From the NCBI GenBank assembly GCA_011911785.1, contig GCA_011911785.1_4084.1: a stretch of 64,000 nt of DNA; one strand, given 5' to 3'. The position numbers and the translations under genes were made by a program. The stretch comes from a phage. Every line of letters starts with the position of its first letter. Positions within the stretch are counted from its first letter, which is position 1. Under the pieces are notes generated by a model. It was not told where the DNA came from. It saw only the letters and a list, made by a program, of their open reading frames with translations, and ran no database searches. Shown here piece after piece: positions 19,244-29,560 of this stretch.

Positions 19244-21742
19244 TTAACGAATTATGAAACAGGTGGCATATGCTTCAGGTGGGGTTTGGTCAGGATTAAT
19301 TGGAGTACTGACAAATCTCATAGAGGTTGGACCTGTTGGAGCATTATCTTTAACTTTAAAGTGTGCAACATCCATAGTACTATCCTGTTGATATTCCAAT
19401 ATAGTTTCATCGACATACCATGTACCTTTATGTTGTGCACTTTCTGGTTCATATATAACTGTAACATAGAAATCACTTCCACTTGATGTTGGAATGCGGG
19501 ATGGTGTTATAGATACACTATCGGTGTTTGAAAATTCAATTGTACATGTATGCACTGCTTTATTTTTCCCATCACCATAATCATAAGTGATATCAGTATC
19601 CCCTGCCTCAACATTTTTTAAGACATAGAAACCAACTTCATCATGAGGGTAATCACTTGGCAAAAATGCAATCTTATCCATATCATAAGTCCATGTACCT
19701 TTATGTTTAGCATCGTCAGGATCGTAACTAACAACTATATTAATTGCGTCACCTGGTTTCAAGGTAGACTTCGGTGGAATTAATGAGATTGATTCAACGT
19801 CAGGATATTTCACTATACATTTATAATTCACTGGGTCAACACCATCTGGCTGGAATGAAAGAATTACACCATCTTCAGTTGTTGGTTTTAATGCTCTAAA
19901 CACAGTAACATCAGGAGTACATTTTTCTTTAACAAACTCAACGATGTCCGCTGGGTAGTTCCATTGTAGACGACCAGTATGTTGTGCAGTTAGAGGCATG
20001 TAGGTCATATTGATGGTAAATTCTTCACCAACTTCATGTGCACCATTATCGGGGGATATAGCAACACTGTCCAAATATGAATACCCAACTGTAATGTTAA
20101 ATGCAACAGCATTTTCCTCTTTCACACTTTCAGGAATAAAATAGACATTTGTTGATTTTGATGTTGATTTAGAACTCTTAACATACCCAACATCAGCAGT
20201 TGTTCCGGTCCCCATTGCTGCAACATCTTCATCTTCTATTTTCCATGTACCTGCATGTTTTGCTGTTTCTGGATTATAATTCACCTTAACAATACTGATA
20301 TCATCATACGAAATTACATCACTAGGTGGTGTATAGGAATACGATATCAAATCAGAATAATCTATTTTACAAGGATAAGAATACTTAGAATATCCAGAAT
20401 CGAAAGTTAGATTAATTGTATCATTTGGTAATCCTGCGGCAAATGTGGATTTAAGGGAAGAGAATGTATATAGATCATCTTGTGGTGCACCTGAAAGTTT
20501 CACATATTGTTCAACATCTTGTATATCCCAAATACCACTATGTCTAGCAGTGTCTGGATTATATTTCACTTTAACATTGAATACATCTAGTGCTTTGATT
20601 TCTTTTGATGGGGGATCAAATTCTATTGAAATTAAATCCGAATAGTCAGGAACTATATTGATTGCGTTTGATTGAACCCCACCAGATGATTGGAAATATA
20701 TTGGTAATGCTGAATCGAACGGTTTGATAGTACTGAAATATCCACGGGTATCAGTTGATTTAGCAGATTCAAATTTGAAATGCTCTTCATCAAAAACCCA
20801 TTTACCAGTTTTGTTTGCAGACGCTGGTTCGAATACCATATCAATGAAAAAGCCATTTGGTACTTTGACGATCTTATCATCGGATTGTGCTGTAATTGAT
20901 TTAACTGGTGAATAAGTTACAGTAACGTTACATTCAGCTTTTGCTTTATCATTACAAATATAGCTAATAGTACTGGCAGTTTGTGGTGGTGTACTTTTAA
21001 GTGCAATGAAGGTTGCACCATCTAAGCCACTTTTTGTTTCATTAAGACTGAAGACTTCCTCATCATATTTCCAAATTCCCATTTTATCCGCAGTTGTTGG
21101 ATCATATGTTAATGCTAGATAGAATGATTCACCAACTTCACAACTTACTGTTTGTGGGTCAATTGTAACTGAATTGATTGGGTTATTAGTTAAGAAGTAA
21201 TTACATTCTGCACTTACTGAACCTACTGATGCAGTTATTTTACCATTACAAGGGTCGGTTGATATAACATTAAACAATCCAGATTTTCTAGAACTAAGCA
21301 TTGGCACTAACGCAATTTGTGTGTTATCATAATCCCATACTGGTACGTCTATACCATTATCGGGTGAATATTCCACTTCAATGGTGAATTTATTAGGACT
21401 AAGCCCCGATGTCATTAAACTTGGGGTGAGTTTCATTGAACTCACTGATTGGTTTAATACTGTAATTGTACAAGTCGCTGATGATGATTTATTATCATCT
21501 GGTGTAAATGTAATGGTTGCTGTTCCTGTTTTTAGAGCAGTATAATCACATTGTAAACCACTTCTATATCCTATTTTAACAACGTCAGGATTATCACAAT
21601 CCCATTGACCTGCTTTATGTGTCCATGATTGTGGTTCATAGACTACGTTTAATTCAGATGTATCGTTAACATAGACCACTGAAGACCTACCTTCCTTAAA
21701 ATGAACGGAACGCAATGTTTCGAATTGATTTGTATTTTTCAT
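19244..21742 (-). CDS. Ig-like repeat protein (second repeat class)
   Basis: 832 aa; about 9 repeats of the same unit. Confidence 0.5.
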   Translation of the reverse strand: MKNTNQFETLRSVHFKEGRSSVVYVNDTSELNVVYEPQSWTHKAGQWDCDNPDVVKIGYRSGLQCDYTALKTGTATITFTPDDNKSSSATCTITVLNQSVSSMKLTPSLMTSGLSPNKFTIEVEYSPDNGIDVPVWDYDNTQIALVPMLSSRKSGLFNVISTDPCNGKITASVGSVSAECNYFLTNNPINSVTIDPQTVSCEVGESFYLALTYDPTTADKMGIWKYDEEVFSLNETKSGLDGATFIALKSTPPQTASTISYICNDKAKAECNVTVTYSPVKSITAQSDDKIVKVPNGFFIDMVFEPASANKTGKWVFDEEHFKFESAKSTDTRGYFSTIKPFDSALPIYFQSSGGVQSNAINIVPDYSDLISIEFDPPSKEIKALDVFNVKVKYNPDTARHSGIWDIQDVEQYVKLSGAPQDDLYTFSSLKSTFAAGLPNDTINLTFDSGYSKYSYPCKIDYSDLISYSYTPPSDVISYDDISIVKVNYNPETAKHAGTWKIEDEDVAAMGTGTTADVGYVKSSKSTSKSTNVYFIPESVKEENAVAFNITVGYSYLDSVAISPDNGAHEVGEEFTINMTYMPLTAQHTGRLQWNYPADIVEFVKEKCTPDVTVFRALKPTTEDGVILSFQPDGVDPVNYKCIVKYPDVESISLIPPKSTLKPGDAINIVVSYDPDDAKHKGTWTYDMDKIAFLPSDYPHDEVGFYVLKNVEAGDTDITYDYGDGKNKAVHTCTIEFSNTDSVSITPSRIPTSSGSDFYVTVIYEPESAQHKGTWYVDETILEYQQDSTMDVAHFKVKDNAPTGPTSMRFVSTPINPDQTPPEAYATCFIIR

Positions 21743-21832
21743 TATATAATCTCCTATAAATGAATTTGTATTATGGGGAACTTATAATTAAGCTCCCCGT
21801 CGAACGAGTTTATATTATACACCTCCGATATT

Positions 21833-24800
21833 TTAAAAATCTGCTGTTATGGTTATTGTCTTGGTAATCCCAGCCTCTTTAACTTCATACGTAAGCGTAA
21901 TTGGATTCTCTGGCTTCTTGATTAGATAAAAATGAACTATCGTTTTCATTGGAGGCCAGTTCACTGAAAGATACGTCTCGTCATAAGTTAATGTACCAGT
22001 ATATAACGCATCGTCAGGATGGTTTGTAAGGAATGCAACATACATTTTACCTAATGCTGTGATGTTTACATGATCAGACTTTGTGGTCTTTTCAATAAAA
22101 TCAACTGATACCAAAGGTGACGCAGTTGATACAATATGAACAGAATTAGTTGAATATGCATCATGACCTGTACCTTGGGTGTACTTAAATTTTACATCAA
22201 TCCCTTCTGGTGGAGTTTCTAATATTGTCATTAAGTTATGAGAATCACTAAAAACCTTATAATCATATGGAGGAAGTGCAACAACTGATTCATGTAATCT
22301 ACCATCACCTATTGCATCAGGTGGATTTACGGTCATAACTACATAGTTTCCATATGAGTTTGCTTTTGTTGTAAACGAATCTGGTGTTATGGTGAATGAT
22401 TCAACATATGGTCTTAGTGGAGTTATCTGTGCTGTTGCAGGAGCGTAACCAGGAATTGTATAAACTAAATCAAACGGAGCACCAAGCACTTCAGCAGTTT
22501 TATCCACTGGTATTTCATCCTCGTCAAAATAATCTATACCGTAAACTGGTTGTTGATAATAACTATCACCAACAGATGGATCGTAAGCTGTAACTTTAAA
22601 ATATGCTTCAGTCAATGTACTCTTAGCTGGGATATATTCGCAGTAGTTTAATGCCTCACCACTAAATGTACCAGCAAGTGGTATAACATTAGATGGTTTG
22701 AAAACAATATTAACTTTAAATTCCATACCTTTGTGGTAATCATTTTTACCAGGCAAACCAAGACTTATTGATTGTATAATATCATGAACAACCGTACATT
22801 TGTTTGTTGCAGTTTTACCCGAACTTGTATAAATCAATGAAATTGGATTTGGATCTGATTTCAATGCTTTAAAATGTGCACGGTCAGGGGTACTGTCTGA
22901 AAGTAATTCAAAATACCCAACTGCAACTGACCCATCAGATAAACTATAAGACCAAGAACCTTTATGATCTGCTGTATCAGGTGTATATGTGATATCAATA
23001 TAGAAATCATCACCAGCATCCAACTCTTCTGTAGCTGGAGATAATGAAATAGATTCCAATACACTATAATCAACATAACATATAGTTTTATTCGAAACAA
23101 TGTTACCACAAATAAACTGCAATTCTAACTCATCAACCGTTTTAATAGCTTTAAAGTGTGCACGGTCTGGTGTACTATCACTCTCAAGTGTTAAGTACTG
23201 GTCAAATCCAGATGTATTCCACGTACCAGTATGTTCAGCACTATCTGGTGTATATGTAATATCAATATAGAAATCATCACCAGTCTTCACTTCTATAGTA
23301 CTTGGCGAAATAGTAATTGCAGACAATGCACTATGTTGTATTGTACAAGTAGATGAACTAGATTTACCAGAACTGGTATATGTCAGTGTTATTGGTGAAC
23401 TGCTATATTTTTTAACTTGGAAGTGTGCTTTATCTGGAGTACTATCACTTTCAAGAGATAAGTATTCTTCAAAATCACTGGTATTCCATGTACCAATATG
23501 CTGTGCAGTATCAGGTGTATATGTGATATCAATATAGAAATCATCGCCAATAGCTGGAGTTACCGATTCAGGGGACAATTTAACATCAGTTAATTGTGAA
23601 TAAGGTATAACTGTTACATCAGCACTTTTCTTTGCACTAGTAAATGTTAACTTTTTAGAATCAGGTAGCTGTTTGATTACATCAAAATAAGCTTCACTTT
23701 CAGTACTTCTAGAGGTTAGATATGAGAAATAATCAGTTTCATAACTCCATTTACCAGATTTCAAAGCGGTATCCGGCACATAAGTTATAGTAACATCAAA
23801 CGTATCACCATCATTAACATTAATACTAGGTGGATTTACTGATACAGATTCTAACTTGTCATAAAGAATAGAGCATGTATTTTCTGTGGTTACACCAGCA
23901 CTAGAGAATGATATTTGTTGTGTACTTTCGGTTGATGGTGGCTTTGCAATAACTTCAAATACCCCAACATCGGCGGTGCTTTTTGATGTATCTAACTTAA
24001 GATATGTTTCATCATACGCCCAATCACCTTTATGTTCAGCAGTGCTTGGTTCGTATGTTATAGCAATATCAATAATATCACCAACTGATACGGTTTCATT
24101 ATCAGGTGATAATGTCAATTTAACCAACTTGTCATATTTCGCAGTACATGTATTTTCAGCATATTTTCCATTAGTACTGGTATATTTCAATACAGTTGGT
24201 GTATCTGAACGTTTGAGTACTTGGAATTGCTGCTGTTCATAATTAATTGGTTCAATCAATTTAATCATATCAGTATCATATTCCCATGTACCAATATGCT
24301 GAGCACTATCTGGTGTATAGGATATGTCTATTGTGAATGTATCACCATTCAAAACAGTTTCAGAATCAGGAGTTAAATCCACTGATGTTAATAAATCATA
24401 ACGTGCATCACATGTATTAGTTTTAGTGATTCCTGCACTAGTAAAAGATATTACCAATGGTGTATCAGATTTTTTCAGCACTTTAAATTGTGGTTTATCG
24501 TAATCATCTGGGTTCAATAACTCCAAATGGTCTTTATCATAATCCCATGTACCAATGTGTTGTGCTGTATCAGGTGTATATGTAATATCAATTACAAATG
24601 TTTCACCCAATGGGACAATTTCACTAGCTGGTGTTATTGAGAAATCGGTTAATTTATCATACTTAGCATCGCAAATACTATTACCCTTAACACTACCTTG
24701 TTCAAATGTTATTGTTAATGGAGTATCAGACTTTTTGATTACTGTAAAATTACCTTTCTCGTACTCAACACTTTGAGCCGCATTATATTGTAAGTACTCT

Positions 24801-27478
24801 TTGTCATAAACCCATTCACCAATGTGTTGAGCCGTATCAGGTTCATATTTCACTTCAATATCAAAAGATTCACCCAACGGAACAGTTTCATTTGCAGGTG
24901 ATAAAGTAATCCCAGTAAGTGCATCATAACTTGCAACACATGTGTTTGTTGCGGAGTGTCCAGTTGACTTATATGTTAATGTTAATGGAGTATCTGATTT
25001 CTTAATAACCTTAAATATCCCTTTTTCATATTCTCCATTATTAAGATGTTCCAAATATTCATGGTCGAATAACCAAACACCAAAATGATATGCAGTATCA
25101 GGTTCATATTTTATATCAATAGTGAATGTTGAACCTAATGGGGCAATTTCGGATGTAGGAGAAAGTGAAATCCCAGTTAATACATCATGTGATGAATCAA
25201 CGTTAACATATGCTGGATATGCATTACCATTTTGGTAGCTCATACTAACATTTGGTGATTTCTCAATAATTTTAAAGTGAGCACGTTCAGGTGTACTGTC
25301 ATCTAAATGAGTCAAATAATATTGATTGTAATACCACGCACCAGCATGTTCTGCATTATCAGGTTCATATGTTAAATCAATATAGAAATCAGTTCCGACT
25401 GGTGCAATAATTTTAGAAGGATTTGCTGTTATTATAGTTGGTGTTACAAAAGGAACACTACCATAAATGGTATTACTTGTAATGGAACCAGACTTATAGG
25501 TAAATGCAAGTTTATCTTGTGTATCTTTAATAGCTAAGAATCTTGCATAATTTGGTGCTTCTGGGTCCATTCCTTGATACTCAAAATGTTCTTTGTCATA
25601 TTCCCATGTACCAGTGTGTTCTGCTTCATCAGGTGTATAAGTTAGTTCAATATATGCAAGTTCACCAACAGTTAATATTTGGAATCGTATAGGGTCATAA
25701 GCAGCAATTGTAAGTGATTCCAAATCTTTATAATCAACTTTACACTCATTAGTTGCAGTAACTTTACCTTCTGAGTACACTAAATCAATTTTATCAATAT
25801 GTTTTAATGCTTTAAAGTGTGCTTTATCAGCAGTTGACTTAGTACTATCAAATGTGATATATTCTTTAAACGTATCAGTATTCCATGCACCTTCGTGTTT
25901 AGCGGTGTCTGGTACATAAGATATCTCAATATCAAATTCATCACCAATCTTCACAGTTTCTGATGTAGGATTCAGTACTAGTGAAGTTAAATCAGAATAT
26001 AGGACATTGAAGCTAACTGTTTTAGCATCACCACCACCATCTGGGGTAAATGTTGCAGTTGTGGTTCCTTGCTTCTTGGCTACGTAGTACATTACATCAT
26101 CGGTACTTTTAGTTGTATCTTCTTCAACGATCCCAACTGGTTCAAATGTCCAAGTACCACCTTTTTGTGCATTGTTTGGTGTATAAGTAATGTCAATTTT
26201 ACCAGTACTTTCTGGTTTGATATTGGATACAGTACTAGGTGTTAACACTACACTTTTCAAATCAGCATACTCAACCGTGAAGTTGACTTCTGGTAAATCT
26301 TTAGTATAATCTGCACTTGGTGTAAATGTAGCTTTTGTACTACCATGTTCAAGTAGCTGGTAATCAAATTTAGTATCTGTATGCGAAATACTTTTTACTA
26401 TATTAGTATCATCAATTGACCATGTTCCACCTTGTTTGGCGTTATCAGGGGTATAGATTATTTCAATCGTGCCAGATGAACCCGCTTTGTCATCTACAGA
26501 GGCAGGTTTGAGTTCTACATTGTCCAACGCAGCATAAGTTATGTCAATTGTTGCAGCCGCAGTTTTAGTTTTATCTTCATTTAATGTGAAGAGTACACTG
26601 GTGGTTGGGTGAACATTTTCTTTGACAGCTATTGCTTTAAACGTTATACTATTTTCGTCTTCACTTACAACTTCAAGAACATTTGTGTTGTATCCACTCC
26701 ATACACCACCACGTTTAGCTGGGGCATAATCGACTGGATCATAAACAACAGATACAGTAAATGTATCATTAAGTTTTACATCAATTGGGTTTGGGTTGAG
26801 AGAAACACTAAAGAGGACGTTAGGATCATCATGTAAATGACCGAACGCGGTTGATTTTAAATGAGGTTTGTTTGTGGGAGTGAATGATATTTCTACTGGA
26901 ATATCACCATCAATGACTCCTGCTTGGAGGATAATACTATTTTTATCACTATGTACTTCAGTTAAATGTTCAGTTGGGTATGTCCATGTACCAGATTGGT
27001 CAGGCCAATCTTTCGGAGAGAAGTAAGCAGTGAATTGCATTTTATCATTTGAATAAAGAACAAAATCATCTGGCTTTATTATAACTTTAGACAACGAATT
27101 TGGCTCCACGTTCGTTCTTCTGAAAATTATTTCACCATTATGTAATTTTATTTTATTACTTTGATATTGAATACCAAAACCATACTTATTATTAATAGCA
27201 TCAGCTTCTTTTATGCAAAATGTATTATTTGCTAAAGATTTAGCAATTTCAGCATCGTCATCATCATACAACAATGTTGATTTATCTTTATTTCTACCTG
27301 TGATTTTTATATCTTTGTAAATCTTGAAATTTTCAGATATTAAATCATATGAATCGAATGTTCTTTGTTTTATAACATACAATTCTTTAACAAATACTTG
27401 CCCTTCTATCTTTGCAGCAGTAACCTGCAATCCACCTATAACAAATGGAAATTGATCTAAGCCAGCTATTGGTTTCAT
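21833..27478 (-). CDS. giant Ig-like repeat protein with shared N-terminal module
   Basis: 1881 aa; N-terminus paralogous to 13049..15475 and 12617..13030, then about 18 repeats of the ~90-aa unit. Confidence 0.55.
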   Translation of the reverse strand: MKPIAGLDQFPFVIGGLQVTAAKIEGQVFVKELYVIKQRTFDSYDLISENFKIYKDIKITGRNKDKSTLLYDDDDAEIAKSLANNTFCIKEADAINNKYGFGIQYQSNKIKLHNGEIIFRRTNVEPNSLSKVIIKPDDFVLYSNDKMQFTAYFSPKDWPDQSGTWTYPTEHLTEVHSDKNSIILQAGVIDGDIPVEISFTPTNKPHLKSTAFGHLHDDPNVLFSVSLNPNPIDVKLNDTFTVSVVYDPVDYAPAKRGGVWSGYNTNVLEVVSEDENSITFKAIAVKENVHPTTSVLFTLNEDKTKTAAATIDITYAALDNVELKPASVDDKAGSSGTIEIIYTPDNAKQGGTWSIDDTNIVKSISHTDTKFDYQLLEHGSTKATFTPSADYTKDLPEVNFTVEYADLKSVVLTPSTVSNIKPESTGKIDITYTPNNAQKGGTWTFEPVGIVEEDTTKSTDDVMYYVAKKQGTTTATFTPDGGGDAKTVSFNVLYSDLTSLVLNPTSETVKIGDEFDIEISYVPDTAKHEGAWNTDTFKEYITFDSTKSTADKAHFKALKHIDKIDLVYSEGKVTATNECKVDYKDLESLTIAAYDPIRFQILTVGELAYIELTYTPDEAEHTGTWEYDKEHFEYQGMDPEAPNYARFLAIKDTQDKLAFTYKSGSITSNTIYGSVPFVTPTIITANPSKIIAPVGTDFYIDLTYEPDNAEHAGAWYYNQYYLTHLDDSTPERAHFKIIEKSPNVSMSYQNGNAYPAYVNVDSSHDVLTGISLSPTSEIAPLGSTFTIDIKYEPDTAYHFGVWLFDHEYLEHLNNGEYEKGIFKVIKKSDTPLTLTYKSTGHSATNTCVASYDALTGITLSPANETVPLGESFDIEVKYEPDTAQHIGEWVYDKEYLQYNAAQSVEYEKGNFTVIKKSDTPLTITFEQGSVKGNSICDAKYDKLTDFSITPASEIVPLGETFVIDITYTPDTAQHIGTWDYDKDHLELLNPDDYDKPQFKVLKKSDTPLVISFTSAGITKTNTCDARYDLLTSVDLTPDSETVLNGDTFTIDISYTPDSAQHIGTWEYDTDMIKLIEPINYEQQQFQVLKRSDTPTVLKYTSTNGKYAENTCTAKYDKLVKLTLSPDNETVSVGDIIDIAITYEPSTAEHKGDWAYDETYLKLDTSKSTADVGVFEVIAKPPSTESTQQISFSSAGVTTENTCSILYDKLESVSVNPPSINVNDGDTFDVTITYVPDTALKSGKWSYETDYFSYLTSRSTESEAYFDVIKQLPDSKKLTFTSAKKSADVTVIPYSQLTDVKLSPESVTPAIGDDFYIDITYTPDTAQHIGTWNTSDFEEYLSLESDSTPDKAHFQVKKYSSSPITLTYTSSGKSSSSTCTIQHSALSAITISPSTIEVKTGDDFYIDITYTPDSAEHTGTWNTSGFDQYLTLESDSTPDRAHFKAIKTVDELELQFICGNIVSNKTICYVDYSVLESISLSPATEELDAGDDFYIDITYTPDTADHKGSWSYSLSDGSVAVGYFELLSDSTPDRAHFKALKSDPNPISLIYTSSGKTATNKCTVVHDIIQSISLGLPGKNDYHKGMEFKVNIVFKPSNVIPLAGTFSGEALNYCEYIPAKSTLTEAYFKVTAYDPSVGDSYYQQPVYGIDYFDEDEIPVDKTAEVLGAPFDLVYTIPGYAPATAQITPLRPYVESFTITPDSFTTKANSYGNYVVMTVNPPDAIGDGRLHESVVALPPYDYKVFSDSHNLMTILETPPEGIDVKFKYTQGTGHDAYSTNSVHIVSTASPLVSVDFIEKTTKSDHVNITALGKMYVAFLTNHPDDALYTGTLTYDETYLSVNWPPMKTIVHFYLIKKPENPITLTYEVKEAGITKTITITADF

Positions 27479-27611
27479 AACATCTCCTTACCTTAAAAAT
27501 GGGATTGTAAACTGCCTCCCAATATGATACCATAGTTCAAATGGTCAATTGGTAAATCAATGAACTTAACAAAAACACTTGATACTACAGTCATAATTGT
27601 TCAGTTTTGCA

Positions 27612-27640
27612 CTTGACATAATTGATCAATTATTGTACTA
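27612..27640 (+). promoter_or_regulatory. sigma70-like promoter (TTGACA-17 nt-TACTAT)
   Basis: Perfect -35 TTGACA at 27612..27617, 17-nt spacer, -10-like TACTAT; in the divergent intergenic region upstream of 27677. Confidence 0.45.
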
Positions 27641-27676
27641 TTATTTATGTTCCTTAACTCAAATCCGAGGTAATCA

Positions 27677-28282
27677 ATGAAACGAATCTTGAAAGAGATT
27701 GTACAAACCGTTGTTTTAATCGCTGCATTAAACTTTCCGGCAGCGGCAGAAGTTTCAAAAAAATCATCTGTTTTTCTATTAAATGAACATGTTGTGTCAA
27801 TTGATGGTGAACTAAATGATGAAACTGTACAAGAAGTGAAGAAGTTGTGGAAAGAAACAAGATTTAAAATTTTAACAATTACATCACCTGGTGGAGATTT
27901 TGATGCAGGATTAGATTTGGGATTGTTTGTGGCTGCTAAAAAGTTAACTGTTTATGTCCCAAAGCAATGTAATTCGTCTTGTAGTCTGGTTTTTTTCTCT
28001 GCATCATCTGAACGTAGGGATATGAGTGATACCGCAGTGATGGGTTTACATAACATCTCACTAGTATCTACGAATGGTGCAGATCCAGATACGACATTCG
28101 TTTCAGTTAGACAGTTGATGGAGTTTACACATCAAGTCTCAACTAAAGTTGGGTATCTTTTTACACTGTACGCACATAACGGTATCCCCGCTGAAACACT
28201 CATTGATATCAGTACTAAACATGGTGAGGATATCGTTGTCTTACGAAGATCAGATCTCGTTAAATGGGGAATCATTCAATAA
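27677..28282 (+). CDS. secreted ClpP-like protein
   Basis: N-terminal signal-peptide-like segment (VVLIAALNFPAAAEV); ILTITSPGGDFDAG resembles the ClpP SPGG motif. Confidence 0.4.
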   Translation: MKRILKEIVQTVVLIAALNFPAAAEVSKKSSVFLLNEHVVSIDGELNDETVQEVKKLWKETRFKILTITSPGGDFDAGLDLGLFVAAKKLTVYVPKQCNSSCSLVFFSASSERRDMSDTAVMGLHNISLVSTNGADPDTTFVSVRQLMEFTHQVSTKVGYLFTLYAHNGIPAETLIDISTKHGEDIVVLRRSDLVKWGIIQ

Positions 28283-28409
28283 AAAGTTGTATTTTTTATG
28301 AAGCAATGATATAATCCTAATACTAATTCATGATTTTGGTTAAGGGTGGTGTACTGCCACCCGATTTTAAGATATAATGGTTGTACATTATCAACCAAGG
28401 AAACAAAAA

Positions 28410-28673
28410 ATGACAGAATTATCACATCTTCAAGGCTGGACAGAGTTCATCTTCTATGCTACTATAGTTACATATGGAATCATTGTTCTTTTATCAGTGA
28501 TTATGGCAAGTGATTTCAAGAGTGGTTTTCTTGAAGAAAATGGTGAGTTTTCTTCTAAAACTGAAAAGTACTTTTATTATTTCTTTAAAATTTCGTATAC
28601 AATTTTACTCATAATTTTGGGTTTACTATTGTATTTCATGTACACAATCTTAGATGTAATGCATCTTTTATAA
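28410..28673 (+). CDS. small membrane protein
   Basis: Two hydrophobic helices; start set to ATG 28410 with 'aagga' RBS. Confidence 0.35.
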   Translation: MTELSHLQGWTEFIFYATIVTYGIIVLLSVIMASDFKSGFLEENGEFSSKTEKYFYYFFKISYTILLIILGLLLYFMYTILDVMHLL

Positions 28674-28684
28674 CGGAGATATCA

Positions 28685-29287
28685 ATGACTTGTATTATTG
28701 CTTACACTGATGGTAACACATCTTTTATCGCGGGTGACAAACTGGGTAGTAATGGTTTCACTAAAGCAATTCAAACTGAACCAAAAGTGTTTGAAAAAGA
28801 ATTCATCAAAATCGATGAAAGTGGATTGAATCGCACCAAAGAAGTTATGGCAATGGGATACACGTCGAGCTTCCGCATGGGACAATTGCTGACGTATAAA
28901 CTTGATTTACCTGAACAGCAATCAAACCAAACATTCTCACAGTACTTAGTACTTGAGGTAATCCCACGTATTCGCACACTCTTCAAAGAAGAATGGGGTG
29001 CTCGTGATACAACTCAAGACGTTGGTGGTGGACAGTTTATTATTCTCCACAATCATACAATTTATGAAGTTCAAGAGGATTTTTCAGTACTCCAACCTAA
29101 GACACAAATTACATCTGTTGGTAGTGGTACATATCATGCAATTGCAGCTATGCAAGCATATATTGAAGTTCAAAAAGAAACAGGTGTTAAGATGGTTGAT
29201 CGCACCGATTCTATCTTCAAAATTGTAAGTGATAATGTTACCAGCGTTAGTGCTGAGTATGATTTACTAAGCTATCCTAAGCTGTAA
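28685..29287 (+). CDS. HslV/proteasome-beta-like Ntn hydrolase
   Basis: N-terminus MTCIIAYTDGNTSFIAGDKLG resembles HslV (TTIVSV..NG.VVIAGDGQ) with Thr at position 2; C-terminal SVGSGTYHAIAA resembles the HslV GSGG..A motif. Confidence 0.45.
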   Translation: MTCIIAYTDGNTSFIAGDKLGSNGFTKAIQTEPKVFEKEFIKIDESGLNRTKEVMAMGYTSSFRMGQLLTYKLDLPEQQSNQTFSQYLVLEVIPRIRTLFKEEWGARDTTQDVGGGQFIILHNHTIYEVQEDFSVLQPKTQITSVGSGTYHAIAAMQAYIEVQKETGVKMVDRTDSIFKIVSDNVTSVSAEYDLLSYPKL

Positions 29288-29296
29288 TACAAAAAA

Positions 29297-29321
29297 GGGG
29301 ATTCTTATAATCCCCTATATT
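29297..29321 (+). terminator. rho-independent terminator
   Basis: Hairpin ggggatt-cttat-aatcccc followed by a T-rich tract. Confidence 0.5.
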
Positions 29322-29347
29322 AATTTAATAAGGAGAGTATTATAACT

Positions 29348-29560
29348 ATGATAACTATCAATTACTTTTCACTATGCTTTGTTTATTTTGTTGTTGTATT
29401 TCTAGCAGTTGTAGCGTACAATAATATTAAATGTATATATAAAATTATCAAAAACAAAGAGAAATTCAATGGATGGATGATATATCACATTGTCATCTCG
29501 GTTGTGTGTATCTTATTTGTATACGATTTGAGTTCATTAGGTACAGTAGGTAAGCTATGA
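29348..29560 (+). CDS. small membrane protein
   Basis: 70-aa ORF with two hydrophobic helices. Confidence 0.35.
   Translation: MITINYFSLCFVYFVVVFLAVVAYNNIKCIYKIIKNKEKFNGWMIYHIVISVVCILFVYDLSSLGTVGKL

Noticed and set aside
21775-21798. Hairpin ggggaact..agctcccc between two minus-strand genes
   Set aside because: Imperfect stem and no U-tract on either strand, so not called as a terminator.
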